Positions 1-10,474 of a stretch of DNA of 16,688 bases are shown piece after piece. The stretch spans positions 1-16,688 of the forward strand of contig NW_021825099.1 of assembly GCF_006345805.1 (NCBI RefSeq), written 5' to 3'. The stretch comes from Octopus sinensis (taxonomy: Eukaryota). The translations under genes and the position numbers were made by a program. Numbering within the stretch: position 1 is the first letter of the stretch; the number at the start of each line of letters is the position of its first letter. Below the pieces are notes generated by a model. The model did not search any database. It was not told the DNA's origin and saw only the letters and a list, made by a program, of their open reading frames with translations.

Positions 1-199
1 TCGATTTCTTCAAGTTTATAAGTTTTAGTAATATTTGTGGCATGTTTCATCGTAGTCAATTTCAGGTAAATGCTTAGAATGTCCAGAAATTGATAGACAT
101 ATATGCTAAAAAAGACAACAGTGTGTATATAGATATAAATACGTAAAGTGTGTCTCTGTGTGTTTGTGTGTTTGTACATACACACACAAACATATATTT

Positions 200-241
200 A
201 GATAGACAGACAGACAGACTGATTGATAGATAGATAGATAA

Positions 242-319
<78 letters not shown>
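200..319. repeat. (GATA)n/(GACA)n microsatellite
   Basis: Tandem GATA units read directly, with a few GACA and variant units. Confidence 0.95.
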
Positions 320-409
320 CACACGCACATATATATATATATACATATATACAATATATACGTGTGTGTACATATTGTTTGTATATCTGTATATGCATAT
401 ATATATATG

Positions 410-655
410 AATGTGTGTATGTATGTATGTATGTATGTATGTATGCATGTATGTATGTATGTATGTATGTATGTATGTATGTATGTATGTATGTGTGCAT
501 GTATGTATGTATGTATGCCTGTATGTATGCATTAATGTATGTATGTATGTATGCATGCATGTATGTATGTATGTGTGTATGTATGTATGTATGTATGTAT
601 GTATGTATGTATGTATGTATGTATGTATGTATGTATGTATGTATGTATGTATGTA
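410..655. repeat. (ATGT)n microsatellite
   Basis: About 60 ATGT units with occasional ATGC/GTGT variants; source of the MYVC/IHTY pseudo-ORFs. Confidence 0.97.
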
Positions 656-948
656 CTGAGAGAACGAAGAATAGAGAAACAAACAGAATGACATAGAAGA
701 AAGCATATCAGGAATAAAAAGAGGTCAGATAAGTAAATTGTTCTAACATTTTCAGAATTGGTAAAGTGATTTTTGGACTTTGATGCGATCTCGGAGATTT
801 TTCTGTTATTAAGAGAAGCCATATCTATGCATTTGAAATTTTGACAGAGGTCCATTGACAGCGTTAAGATAAAGAATACTGGGAAGATTCAGTAATGGCT
901 TGCAAAAACAAACAAGCAGAATATAAAACAAAATGACAATACGTGGAA

Positions 949-972
949 GAGAGAGAGAGAGAGAGAGAGAGA
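949..972. repeat. (GA)12 microsatellite
   Basis: Read directly. Confidence 0.95.
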
Positions 973-1518
973 GGATGGTGGAGGGGGAGGAAAAAGATGA
1001 AGTGGAATAATAAAGAATTGCTTACGAAATATATGCCATGACTGTTACAGTGATAGCATGTGTTGTCATTTGATGGCTGAGAGGAGATTTACAAGTTTAT
1101 TTGGCATGACACTAGAACAGTTTCTGCAATTATGATGAGTGGGTTGCATATTCTTTTGTTTTATGTATTAACTGTATAACTGTCAAGGGCGTGAACTGTG
1201 TATTCTGCTCGTTGGTATTATGAGTTGTAGAAATTGCTGAGTATCAAGTGTTTAGACACACACTCACATACGAACAAATACTCATACACACGTACACACA
1301 TGCACACACATACAAATGCATACTTCTTTTTCTTTCCGTTTCTTTTCAAGCTTTAGATTAATATAATATTTGTTAAAAGTGGTCCTTCTTCTCTGGTCTT
1401 TCCTTTTTTGTTTCTTGACAGATATAAATATATATTTGTGTGTTTGTATGTGCGTATATGAGTGCGTAGACGTTTATTTCCAAATAGATACACACCATAC
1501 ACCATAATAGCATTATTG

Positions 1519-1520
<2 letters not shown>

Positions 1521-1610
<90 letters not shown>
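1521..1610. repeat. (ATT)30 microsatellite
   Basis: Perfect trinucleotide run; source of the poly-Ile ORF. Confidence 0.97.
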
Positions 1611-1611
<1 letters not shown>

Positions 1612-1689
1612 GTTCTGCTACTCTTTTAAGTAATGAAAAGGCTCTAGACAAACCTATACCTGCATTGAATTGCAACGCTTATGTGGATA

Positions 1690-1718
1690 CATGTGTGTGT
1701 GTATATATATATACATGC

Positions 1719-1749
<31 letters not shown>

Positions 1750-1852
1750 TATATATATATATAATATATACATGCATATACATATATATATATATACATA
1801 TATACATATATACATATACATAAGCATACACACTTACACACATATGTATGCG

Positions 1853-1889
<37 letters not shown>

Positions 1890-1915
1890 GACATATATGT
1901 GTGTATATGTGTGTG
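1690..1915. repeat. compound (AT)n/(CA)n/(GT)n low-complexity tract
   Basis: Alternating purine-pyrimidine runs read directly. Confidence 0.9.
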
Positions 1916-2191
1916 TACGTGACTATTTTGTGTCGTTATGTTTGTGAATCTTTGTGCATAAGTATAAATGCAAGTTGTTTATGTATTTATATGTGTGTCT
2001 ACGTGTGCAGAGGTGAAGCAAAAACATTAACAGATATAAAATTATATAAGAATGGCTAGATGAACATTTAGCATCCCTGGAAGAGGTGGTGAATATAGCG
2101 ACGAGGGTAGAGTCATAGAACGAATGACAGAAATAAAAAAATAAAGAAACAAAGAAGCAAACAGAAATAAAGAGTAAAGCAAATGCAAAAG

Positions 2192-2210
2192 TATATATAT
2201 ATATATATAT

Positions 2211-2245
<35 letters not shown>

Positions 2246-2246
2246 T

Positions 2247-2307
<61 letters not shown>

Positions 2308-2324
2308 CAGATAGATAGATAGAC

Positions 2325-2405
<81 letters not shown>

Positions 2406-2409
2406 CATG

Positions 2410-2440
<31 letters not shown>
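2192..2440. repeat. compound (AT)n-(AGAT)n-(GT)n microsatellite
   Basis: (AT)n ~2192-2212, (AGAT)n ~2211-2404, (GT)n ~2416-2440. Confidence 0.95.
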
Positions 2441-2441
<1 letters not shown>

Positions 2442-2750
2442 GAGGCGCAATTGCCCAGTGGTTAGGGAAGCTGACTTACGGTCGGAGGATCGCGGTTTCG
2501 ATTCCCAGACCGGGCGTTGTGTGTGTTTATTGAGCAAAAACACCTAAAGCTCCACGAGGCTCCTGCAAGGGGTGGTGGCGACCCCTGTTGTACTCTTTCG
2601 CCCCGACTTGCTGTCACTCTTTCTTCCTGTTTCTTGAGTAACGCTGCGATGGACTGGCATCCCGTCCAGCTGGGGGGAACACATACGCCACAGAAACCGG
2701 GAGACCAGGTCCACGAGCCTGGTTAGGCTTGAAAAGGGCGCATAAATAAT
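2441..2750 (+). mobile_element. tRNA-derived SINE, family 1, apparently full length
   Basis: tRNA-like head with A box TTGCCCAGTGG (2451-2461) and B box GTTTCGATTCC (2495-2505). The body contains GCGATGGACTGGCATCCCGTCCAG...CAGAAACCGG, which I recall as similar to conserved SINE central domains (Meta/V type). It ends in an A/T tail that runs into microsatellites. Confidence 0.85.
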
Positions 2751-2769
2751 ATATATATATATATATATA

Positions 2770-2800
<31 letters not shown>

Positions 2801-2863
2801 AAGAAGAAGAAGAAGAAGAAGAAGAAGAAGAAGAAGAAGAAGAAGAAGAAGAAGAAGAAGAAG
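2748..2863. repeat. (AT)n followed by (AAG)31
   Basis: Perfect AAG run 2771-2863; source of the poly-Ser ORF. Confidence 0.96.
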
Positions 2864-2935
2864 CATGAGAGTCACGTTGAAAGACTATAAACATCGAAAA
2901 AGAATATGACCGTAACCCACGTTATCTCTCCATCT

Positions 2936-3010
2936 ATGTGTGTATATATATATATATAAATATATTTATGTGTGTGTGTGTGTTGCGTGTGTATGTATGT
3001 ATATATATAC

Positions 3011-3093
<83 letters not shown>
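2936..3093. repeat. (GT)n/(AT)n compound microsatellite
   Basis: Read directly. Confidence 0.92.
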
Positions 3094-3245
3094 ACTGGAA
3101 CAAAAGCGCAATAGGGGGCAATAAAACATTGGGACAGATAGTCGATACAAAGGCGGACAAGAGAAACAACAATTAGGACAGGCAAAAAAGACGGGTCATT
3201 CGTGGCCTTCTTTCCTCAGTCATGTACCAGAAGTCACGACTGTTT

Positions 3246-3596
3246 CGTGGCTGTGTGGTAAGAAGTGTGCTTGCCAACCACATGGTTCCGGGTTCTGTCA
3301 CATTTGGGCAAGTGTCTTCTACTATAGGCTCGGGCCGAACAAAGCCGTGTGACTGGATATGTGTGTATGTATCTATGTATGGGTCTTTTTGTTTGTTTGT
3401 CTCCCACCACAGCTTGACAATAGCTGTTGGTACATTTATGCTCACGTAATCCAGCAGTTCGGCAAAAGAGCCCGATAAAAGAAATATCAGGTTTTAAAAT
3501 AATTACTGAGGTCGATTTGCTTGACTAAAACATTCCTGAAAGCGGTGCCCCAAGATGGCCGCAGGCTAATGACTAAAACAAGCGAAAGATGAAGAT
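3246..3596 (+). mobile_element. tRNA-derived SINE, family 2 (abundant octopus-type), diverged, near full length
   Basis: Head CGTGGCTGTGTGGTAAGAAG...AACCACATGGTTCCGGGTTC, an internal GT-rich tract, a CAGTTCGGCAAAAGAGCCCGATA block, and tail GCGGTGCCCCAAGATGGCCGCAG...GACTAAAACAAG. Aligns by eye with 4764-4916 and 10738-11195. Confidence 0.88.
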
Positions 3597-3689
3597 ATAT
3601 ACATTTGTTTATCTATCTTTCTGCTTAGTAATCTTTCTATGTCTTTATTGATCTACAATGTAACCTATATCTACAGAACAGAGTCTCTT

Positions 3690-3700
3690 TGTGTGTGTGT

Positions 3701-3768
<68 letters not shown>
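3690..3768. repeat. (GT)n microsatellite
   Basis: Read directly. Confidence 0.96.
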
Positions 3769-3769
<1 letters not shown>

Positions 3770-3964
3770 GTGCGTATGTTCCTTAGGGATTCGAAAACTG
3801 GGTTGCGGATTTTGACTATGAAGTATTAAAAGTTTCAGTATTCTTTCGTCTACCAAATAAAATATGATTTTTGCACAACTCTTTTGTACTACAAAAGTAA
3901 CCTTGAAAACGAGGTCGGGTCGCACAATTTTCAAATTATTTTCGGCCAATATTGATTTGCTTCT

Positions 3965-4404
3965 AATCTACATTGCCAATTTTAATGTTTTATGCAACTT
4001 GTACTTGTGGCGACATTCACCCTGGGCGGGTTGAGTTGGCTTCTTCAACCACCCTCGAGGCATTGCTTTCGCCATTGAGAATTCATGGAAGAAGTTTCGT
4101 GGGAATATGTGTATTTGACAAGCGGTCTCCAACAATCCCGCATGTAGAGACATCCTATTTGCTGCAGATTGTCCGCAGACGCAGGGGCAGAGCGACCGAG
4201 GAAACGCCGGTTGCCGAAACAGACACTCCGAGGATTTTCACCAGAGCCCCGCCTGCCAGGTTGTGGCCCTAATACCACTCGGTGTCAGACCAATCCGCCT
4301 TGGGTGGCCCTACCAGGAACCGAAGTTCCTGACGGCATAGCTCTGACACTACCCGTTGCCAGCGTCCCCACCACGGTGAGGAGGGGATGGACTTTGGGGA
4401 CGCT
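3965..4404 (-). mobile_element. RTE-clade (BovB/Expander-like) LINE 5' UTR fragment
   Basis: GC-rich island. The minus strand reads CCGTGGTGGGG...AGAGCTATGCCG...GGTAGGGCCACCCAAGGCGG...TCTGACA, matching the BovB/Rex3-type 5' UTR motifs as I recall them. It ends in TTAAAATTGGCAATGTAG, a possible decayed LKLATWNV endonuclease start. No RT or endonuclease coding sequence follows. Confidence 0.55.
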
Positions 4405-4543
4405 AAAAATGCAACTGTTCAAGGAGTGTTATGAGTGCATTTGTGATGCACAAAACCTTATTTGTCAACGAAATCTGACCTAAAAACCATGCTTTTTTGG
4501 CACAATATTGCCACATTTTCTGTACTACCCACTTCCGCTTTGC

Positions 4544-5500
4544 TTTTCCAAAATAGCTTCGGTTTTCTATGTTTTCTATATAAGTGAATACGATTTTGTC
4601 CAAAAATCACGCTTTCAAAATTTTAATTTCACCCCATCCCCACCCCAATTTCGTGATATTTAAATTTTGGGGAAATTATTTTTAATCCAATCCATATAGA
4701 GAGATTGCGAATCACGGGTTTTTAAATTATTATTTTAATCTTTCTTAAAGAAATACTCAATGCGTTACTTAGCGGTTCGGCAAAAGAGACCGATAGAATA
4801 AGTACTGGGCTTACAAAAGAATAAGTCCCGGTGTCGAGTTGCTCGATTAAAGGTAGTGCTCCAGCATGGCCGCAGTCAAATGACTGAAACAAGTAAAAGA
4901 GTAAAGAGTAAAGAGTAATGCTCCTTCCCCTACCTCACCCACCCATCATCTCTCCGCTTTCAAAAAGCTAAAAACTCCGAATACTTCACTTTCGTCTGAT
5001 GTTTTACGCATGCATAGAATTCTACTGATATAGCAAACATCAAAAATATCAGACCACCACCAGAAAACCCGACATGCTAGAAACAACAGCTAAACGACAT
5101 TATTTCTGAAAAAACTAGCTCGTTTTCAAAATGGCTAAAAGTGAAACATTCGGTGTTTTTGGCTTTTAGAATGTGGGGAGGTGATGGCTGGAGGTTGGGG
5201 AAGGGGATTCGAATGTTTCTTTAAGAAACTTTTTTAACATGAATTCTTAAAGATTCGTTATCTCTGCATTCTTCTACGTGGATTACAAAAAAAAATTTTC
5301 AAAAAAAGTTTAAAATTTTTTAAATTATGATGGTGAGAGGGAAAATAAAAATTTTGAAAATGTGTTTTTGGAACAAAATCCTAATCTCCTATATTGAAAA
5401 CATAGAAACCCGAAAAAATTTTGAAAAAAATAGGGTCGGGGTGCAAATGTCACCTCCGACATGCTAGAAACAATAGCTAAACGACACGATTTCCGAAAAA
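4544..5500. mobile_element. large imperfect palindromic (fold-back) non-autonomous DNA element
   Basis: Left arm ~4544-4992 (SINE removed) matches the reverse complement of ~5138-5429, e.g. CGGTTTTCTATGTTTTCTATATAAG vs CTATATTGAAAACATAGAAACCCG. A ~45-bp direct repeat CCGACATGCTAGAAACAA(C/T)AGCTAAACGACA lies at 5069-5113 and 5456-5500. Confidence 0.7.
4764..4916 (+). mobile_element. 5'-truncated SINE family 2 copy with candidate 5-bp TSD
   Basis: TTAGCGGTTCGGCAAAAGAGACCGATAGAATAAGTAC...GTGCTCCAGCATGGCCGCAGTCAAATGACTGAAACAAG followed by an (AAAGAGT)n tail. Flanked by AATGC at 4759-4763 and 4917-4921. Confidence 0.92.
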
Positions 5501-5820
5501 GTTGTTTATATCGAAGATCAGGTTTTTAAATACGCTCATCACAAATACGAATTACAAAATTTAAAACATTTTTTTCACTTTAACTTATTTTCAATCATCT
5601 GTAAAAATTTAAAAGTAATATTTAGAAATTTAAGTACTCTGGGAATTAATGGGGTAAGCTGCCATTGTACATGTTTTTGGAGTAAAAAAATTCAGCATTG
5701 TTCATCAGAAAATGACTGAAAAAATGTTTATAAAGAAGAGTTGTTTGCTTGATACTCCTCGCGTGCAGATTCTGCCTATAAGAAAGGAACAAATAATACA
5801 ATGTAACAGTAGGTAATAAC

Positions 5821-5850
5821 ACCCGGGCAACACCGTGGTACGTTGCTAGT
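5821..5850 (+). mobile_element. Helitron-type 3' terminus
   Basis: GC-rich imperfect hairpin ACCCGG-GCAACA-CCGTGGT (5821-5839), then CTAG (5846-5849) and T, matching the hairpin + CTRR|T rule. The 5' end was not located. Confidence 0.6.
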
Positions 5851-6060
5851 ACTATATAATTTGCCTGAAGGAAAAAATGAGAGAACAGATGTATAACCAT
5901 AGATTTTTCTTCAATTTTCGTGGTGATCGACCACCGGCTAAACAACAACCGGTGCAATATATCTGCCTATCTATCATCTACGGTTACGTATCTATCATTT
6001 CCTATCTCGCAATTCCTTTTTTGTATATCTTTCTATGCATGATATAAGTAGATAGATAAG

Positions 6061-6865
6061 TTTCTTTAATGGCCACACAGGGCTGCACACAGATGGGACA
6101 AATTACAAGGTAGAGCTTTTCTTTTGGGGGATGAAAAAAACAAAAAACAAAAAACAAAAGAAACAAAAGAAAAGTGGCGTAGGTTTTCGATCAAAAGGGA
6201 TCGTAAAAGGGAAAAAAGACAAAAAAAGGAAAAGAAACAAAAGAAAAGAAAAAAGAAAAAAGAAGAAAAAAGAGGAAAAAAGGGGGAGAGGAAAGAAGAA
6301 ACGATCAATAGGGATCGTGTATTACAGTGTCATGATGTACAGAGTAAAGGGGGAAGCAGATAAGGTTTATCCGTGGAAAGAAAATCCTACGAAAAAGACC
6401 ACGGTAACCTCGGTCAATATTGTTATATGTTACCACATTTGTTTGCAAGTGGGTAACCCTCTGTTTTCAATTTCTGGGTTCATAGGATTATGCTCAAGGT
6501 GGCTTCGTCATTCATACGTGCCATCCTTGCTACATTCACCCATCTTTTTTTAAAACATTCGCTAGATAAAACTTGCCTCTCTACTCTCACTTTCCTTTTC
6601 AAGTGGTACTTGAAGTTGATGAGAGATTGACCAGAGAAGAAAGTGTTTGTCTCCAATCCTTTCAGACGCGTCCACCAGATACATTCTTTTCGCCATAGCC
6701 ACAAGGATGATGAAAATAGCTCTTCCTTCCCGTTTGAAGGAAGGAGGCGTGACAATATTGACGATAGACTCAGCTGATAAACCGACTCATCCCACACGTG
6801 ACAGCAGTTGTTCGACATAAGCCCACAGGTCGGAAATTGTTGGACACTGCACGAGTGCGTGCAGA
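6061..6865 (-). mobile_element. L1/Tx1-like LINE 3' end, copy 1 (5'-truncated, decayed)
   Basis: Minus frames join to [21 protein letters not shown]...[11 protein letters not shown]...[20 protein letters not shown]..., with stop at 6480-6482: an HxxxxC zinc-knuckle end and IW motif typical of the L1/Tx1 ORF2 C-terminus. It has an internal stop and a frameshift. A T-rich 3' UTR ends in ATTAAA. Paralogous to 13884-14893. Confidence 0.82.
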
Positions 6866-6874
6866 GATAGAGAC

Positions 6875-6962
<88 letters not shown>
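6866..6962. repeat. (GATA)n microsatellite
   Basis: Read directly; abuts the LINE truncation point. Confidence 0.96.
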
Positions 6963-6964
<2 letters not shown>

Positions 6965-7000
6965 ACACATTTTATTCTTTAATAAGAATAGTATTGACCG

Positions 7001-7068
7001 TGACATCGAAGTTTCGGCCAGTTAAGCCATCATCCGTTGAAACTTAGCTGGATGAAACTTCGATGTCA
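7001..7068. repeat. 68-nt hairpin / inverted repeat
   Basis: Perfect 15-bp arms TGACATCGAAGTTTC (7001-7015) and GAAACTTCGATGTCA (7054-7068), plus an inner CCAGTTAAG/CTTAGCTGG stem. Confidence 0.85.
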
Positions 7069-7161
7069 TTATCTATGATATTCTTAGTAAAAAATAATAA
7101 ATTTGTACTCTACAAAAGTATGGAGTATCCATCAGATTAATGTAAAATCGTTTTTATTATA

Positions 7162-7264
<103 letters not shown>

Positions 7265-7385
7265 ATAGAGGGCATTATTACACATAAATGCCTCACACTA
7301 AGAGGGACAAAGTCATTACTACCAAAATTACACTAATCATACCTAAATGCAGCTCTTCAAAGCAAAACATTTAAAAAATGAATTT

Positions 7386-7443
7386 AGTTCTGTATCACCG
7401 TGATTTCACATTTAACTTACGTCTTATGATCCTCAGCAGAACT
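7386..7443 (-). ncRNA. type I hammerhead-ribozyme-like motif (inverted copy of 7787-7844)
   Basis: Exact reverse complement of 7787-7844. Confidence 0.6.
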
Positions 7444-7605
7444 GATTCTGAACACATCATAAATAAACCACCAACCTTACCTAGCGAAGACGAACAGACA
7501 TCTATTCACTCCGGCCAAGCACGTGGAATGTTTATAAATCATATATTCGGTAAATGGCGGGCTTTTTCGAACTGCATGTCGGGTAAGAAAAGTATTTCGG
7601 AATAA

Positions 7606-8098
7606 ATTTATCAATTAAGGATAACTTCTTAATAAGGAATCTTAACAAGAAATTATCAGGTAGTTAGCGTGAAAACCTCATAAAAGAAAAGAATTCAAAC
7701 ATTCCACGTGCTTGGCCGGAGTGAATAGATGTCTGTTCGTCTTCGCTAGGTAAGGTTGGTGGTTTATTTATGATGTGTTCAGAATCAGTTCTGCTGAGGA
7801 TCATAAGACGTAAGTTAAATGTGAAATCACGGTGATACAGAACTAAATCATTTTTTTAAATGTTTTGCTTTGAAGAGCTGCATTTAGTATGATTAGTGTA
7901 ATTTTGGTAGTAATGACTTTGTCCCTCTTAGTGTGAGGCATTTATGTGTAATAATGCCCTCTATACAATATAGATATAATTAATTTGTTCAAAAGAAAAA
8001 AAAAAATTATTTTCGAATTCTTTTCTTTTATGAGGTTTTCGCGCTAACTACCTCAAATTTCTTGTTAAGATTCCTTATTAAGAAGTTATCCTTAATTG

Positions 8099-8103
<5 letters not shown>
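7606..8103. repeat. ~90-bp inverted repeat (arms 7606-7696 and 8015-8103), interleaved with the 276-bp one
   Basis: ATTTATCAATTAAGG...AAAAGAATTC vs GAATTCTTTT...CCTTAATTGATAAAT, with two small difference sites. Confidence 0.92.
7787..7844 (+). ncRNA. type I hammerhead-ribozyme-like motif (HHR-1)
   Basis: Helix I AGTTCTG(7787-7793)/CAGAACT(7838-7844); core CTGAGGA (7794-7800); helix II CAT-AA-GAC[GTAA]GTT-AA-ATG; GAAA (7823-7826); helix III ATCAC-G-GTGAT; AUA triplet with cleavage after 7837. Position 10.1/11.1 is U-U rather than the canonical G-C. Confidence 0.62.
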
Positions 8104-8140
<37 letters not shown>

Positions 8141-8220
8141 ATACATATGTTACATATCGGTAGTAGATATAAACTCTGATCAGATGCCGAAGTGGAAATA
8201 CACAAACATCTCTTCGTATA

Positions 8221-8277
<57 letters not shown>

Positions 8278-8278
8278 G
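8103..8278. repeat. two (AT)n tracts (~8103-8134 and ~8217-8278)
   Basis: Read directly. Confidence 0.92.
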
Positions 8279-9095
8279 CATGGTTCATGCTTCTTTTGAT
8301 CTCAGTATCTTTTGCAATAAATGCGAAAGAAATAATGCCTGCTAAACACTGCAAACGAAAAGAAGGCCAAGTTCAAAGTCAAAAGTTTTGTCAAAACTTG
8401 TCAGCAATATGACATAAGCTATAACAGGAGGCTCTGAGAAGGGAATGCTTCTGACATTTGTGTTGAAAAAGGTAATGTTGTTTTGATATATGGCGTCAAA
8501 TAGATGTAATGGAGGATGGGAAGAAATTATACGGGAACAAGAAAACAATAACAATAGCGAATATGAGAATATTCTAATAGTTTTCTTATTGGAGTTAGCA
8601 ATAAACTAATCATCGATGCTAAACTGGATATGGGGTCAATGTGATCACCTTCAAAAGTCCTGAGTACCCCCACCATGGCTAAAACAAATAATAGACTGAA
8701 AGAACATATATGTGTGTATGGTTAGAGTGCATATATTTGTATGCATATATATAATATATACGTATAAACTTATACATATATGCAAATATGTATGTACATA
8801 TATGTAGGCGTACCTATATGTCATTATGTAGATAAGCAAATATAATTCTATGCATAATTATACATATATACAACATGTGTATGCATATATACATACATAC
8901 ATAAATGTATATGTATATATATGTATATGTATGCATATATGTGTGTGTATGTGTGTATGTGTCTGTGTCTGTGTATGTATATATGCCATCCTTTAGTTTT
9001 ATTTCGAGATTTCTAGCCAATAGAGAAAGATTCGGTTTCTAACCTAGTTCAAGACTCCTTCATTGGAATTTCAACATCAACGTCAGGGTATTTTC

Positions 9096-9171
9096 GTATG
9101 TATGTATGTATGTATGTATGTATGTATGTATGTATGTATGTATGTATGAATGTATGTATGTATGTATGTAT
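9096..9171. repeat. (GTAT)n microsatellite
   Basis: Read directly. Confidence 0.95.
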
Positions 9172-9821
9172 TTCTAATCCACAGAAATTTAAAGGGTGAC
9201 AACAGACCGATGGTTTCGTTATAATTTCCATACAAGAAACCCTATTGGGTTATTTCTGAAAACATTATCCAAAAAGCCTGAAAGCGTAGTCTGTGTTGTG
9301 GACAGTATAGAAAGATATTCGCTCATCTGCTAATCATTGAAAAGAGAAAAAAATTGGAATACGATGATTACTTAATGCATTTTATATATATACACTTTAT
9401 ATACTTTATGCACAATTTTATAGACTTAATACACAACATTCATAAAATAAGTATTCGCTCTTATTTTTCCATTTTCTCATAAAGAAAAAACATTCTGTGC
9501 ATATGATAAAATCATTAGTTAAATTGTATATATTTGCCACGTAAATAAGCGTATTTGCGCTAAGCAGTGTTTACGTATAATTACAATTTAGGTTAGCTAA
9601 AAATCAGTCAATGTGTTGGCTGAATGATATATAAAGCTTTTAAGCTTTATCAGTTCGTTCAGGGTTGCCTCTTAGGTACATCTCATCGACAGGATTTAAA
9701 CGGCTTATAAACACTTTCCTCTCTGCAATTGTTTTTGTTTCAGCACCCGATCTCTGATCACTTACTATCACTTACTCTGGTCACTTACTAGCAAGTACAT
9801 CTCCGTTTTATACATACATCT

Positions 9822-9826
9822 ATATA

Positions 9827-9880
<54 letters not shown>
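9822..9880. repeat. (AT)n microsatellite
   Basis: Read directly. Confidence 0.95.
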
Positions 9881-9883
<3 letters not shown>

Positions 9884-10438
9884 CTCATAATATTCTGTAC
9901 GTGTATACTGAACTTTTTTAAAATTCCTCCTGGAAATTATCTTGAGATGTATAATATTTTGTTGTAATCTTTTGTGCCCATTACTTCAATGAGCTCGTTA
10001 AACTTTTTTATATTCTCAACATACTCTTGTCACCAAAGAATGTATATTTATATGGATTATAGTACTCTGTGTCAACCAATATTCTGTGCATGTTTGAATA
10101 TACAGATACAATACCAATATCAATTCCTTCTGGAAACTATCTTAAGCATGTCCTTGAGAACGATTATTTATGTAGTAATCTTTTGTGCCCAATATTTTAA
10201 GGAACTTGTTCAAAATTTTTATGTCCTTAACATATCCCTATTACCAAAGACTGTATATATGTAATGTAGCAATTTGCAACAACCAATAATTAACGCAACC
10301 AAACTTCTACATGTTACTTTTGACAATCTTTTTCCAAAGAGTGAAACCGGTAAAGTAAATAAACATCTTTTAAATTGCATTTTCAAACCTTCTTTCGTAT
10401 ATAATTCCACTCGTGCGGTACCCCACAACTCCATTTTG

Positions 10439-10440
<2 letters not shown>

Positions 10441-10472
<32 letters not shown>
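10441..10472. repeat. (AT)16 microsatellite
   Basis: Read directly. Confidence 0.95.

Positions 10473-10474
<2 letters not shown>

Noticed and set aside
2441-2515. Possible tRNA gene
   Set aside because: It has A and B boxes, but I could not fold a complete cloverleaf, and it continues into a SINE body.
106-3185. Long ORFs rich in IY, YL, HT, MYVC, poly-I or poly-S (also 8028-9231, 12926-13924, 14831-15209)
   Set aside because: They are translations of stop-free microsatellites and show no protein-like complexity.
3213-3219. Other CTGANGA cores (3213-3219 minus, 5702-5708 minus, 16646-16652 plus)
   Set aside because: None has a compatible helix I, II and III with GAAA and NUH; these are expected chance matches.
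4340-4404. HDV-like ribozyme fold (TCCTCAC and GGACGCT-GG-CAAC resemble HDV L3/P1/P1.1 on the minus strand)
   Set aside because: P3 cannot be formed in the required register, and I found no J4/2-P2 closure.
3973-4483. Plus-strand ORFs 3973-4272 and 4169-4483
   Set aside because: They are antisense to the GC-rich RTE-like UTR, use non-ATG starts, and have no recognisable motifs.
6124-6553. Lys/Arg-rich ORFs
   Set aside because: They come from the A-rich antisense of the Tx1-like 3' UTR.
7534-7670. Possible GIY-YIG C-terminal remnant (EKYF...[11 protein letters not shown]) upstream of HHR-1
   Set aside because: It needs stops or frameshifts to read through and the resemblance is too weak; an HMM search would be required.
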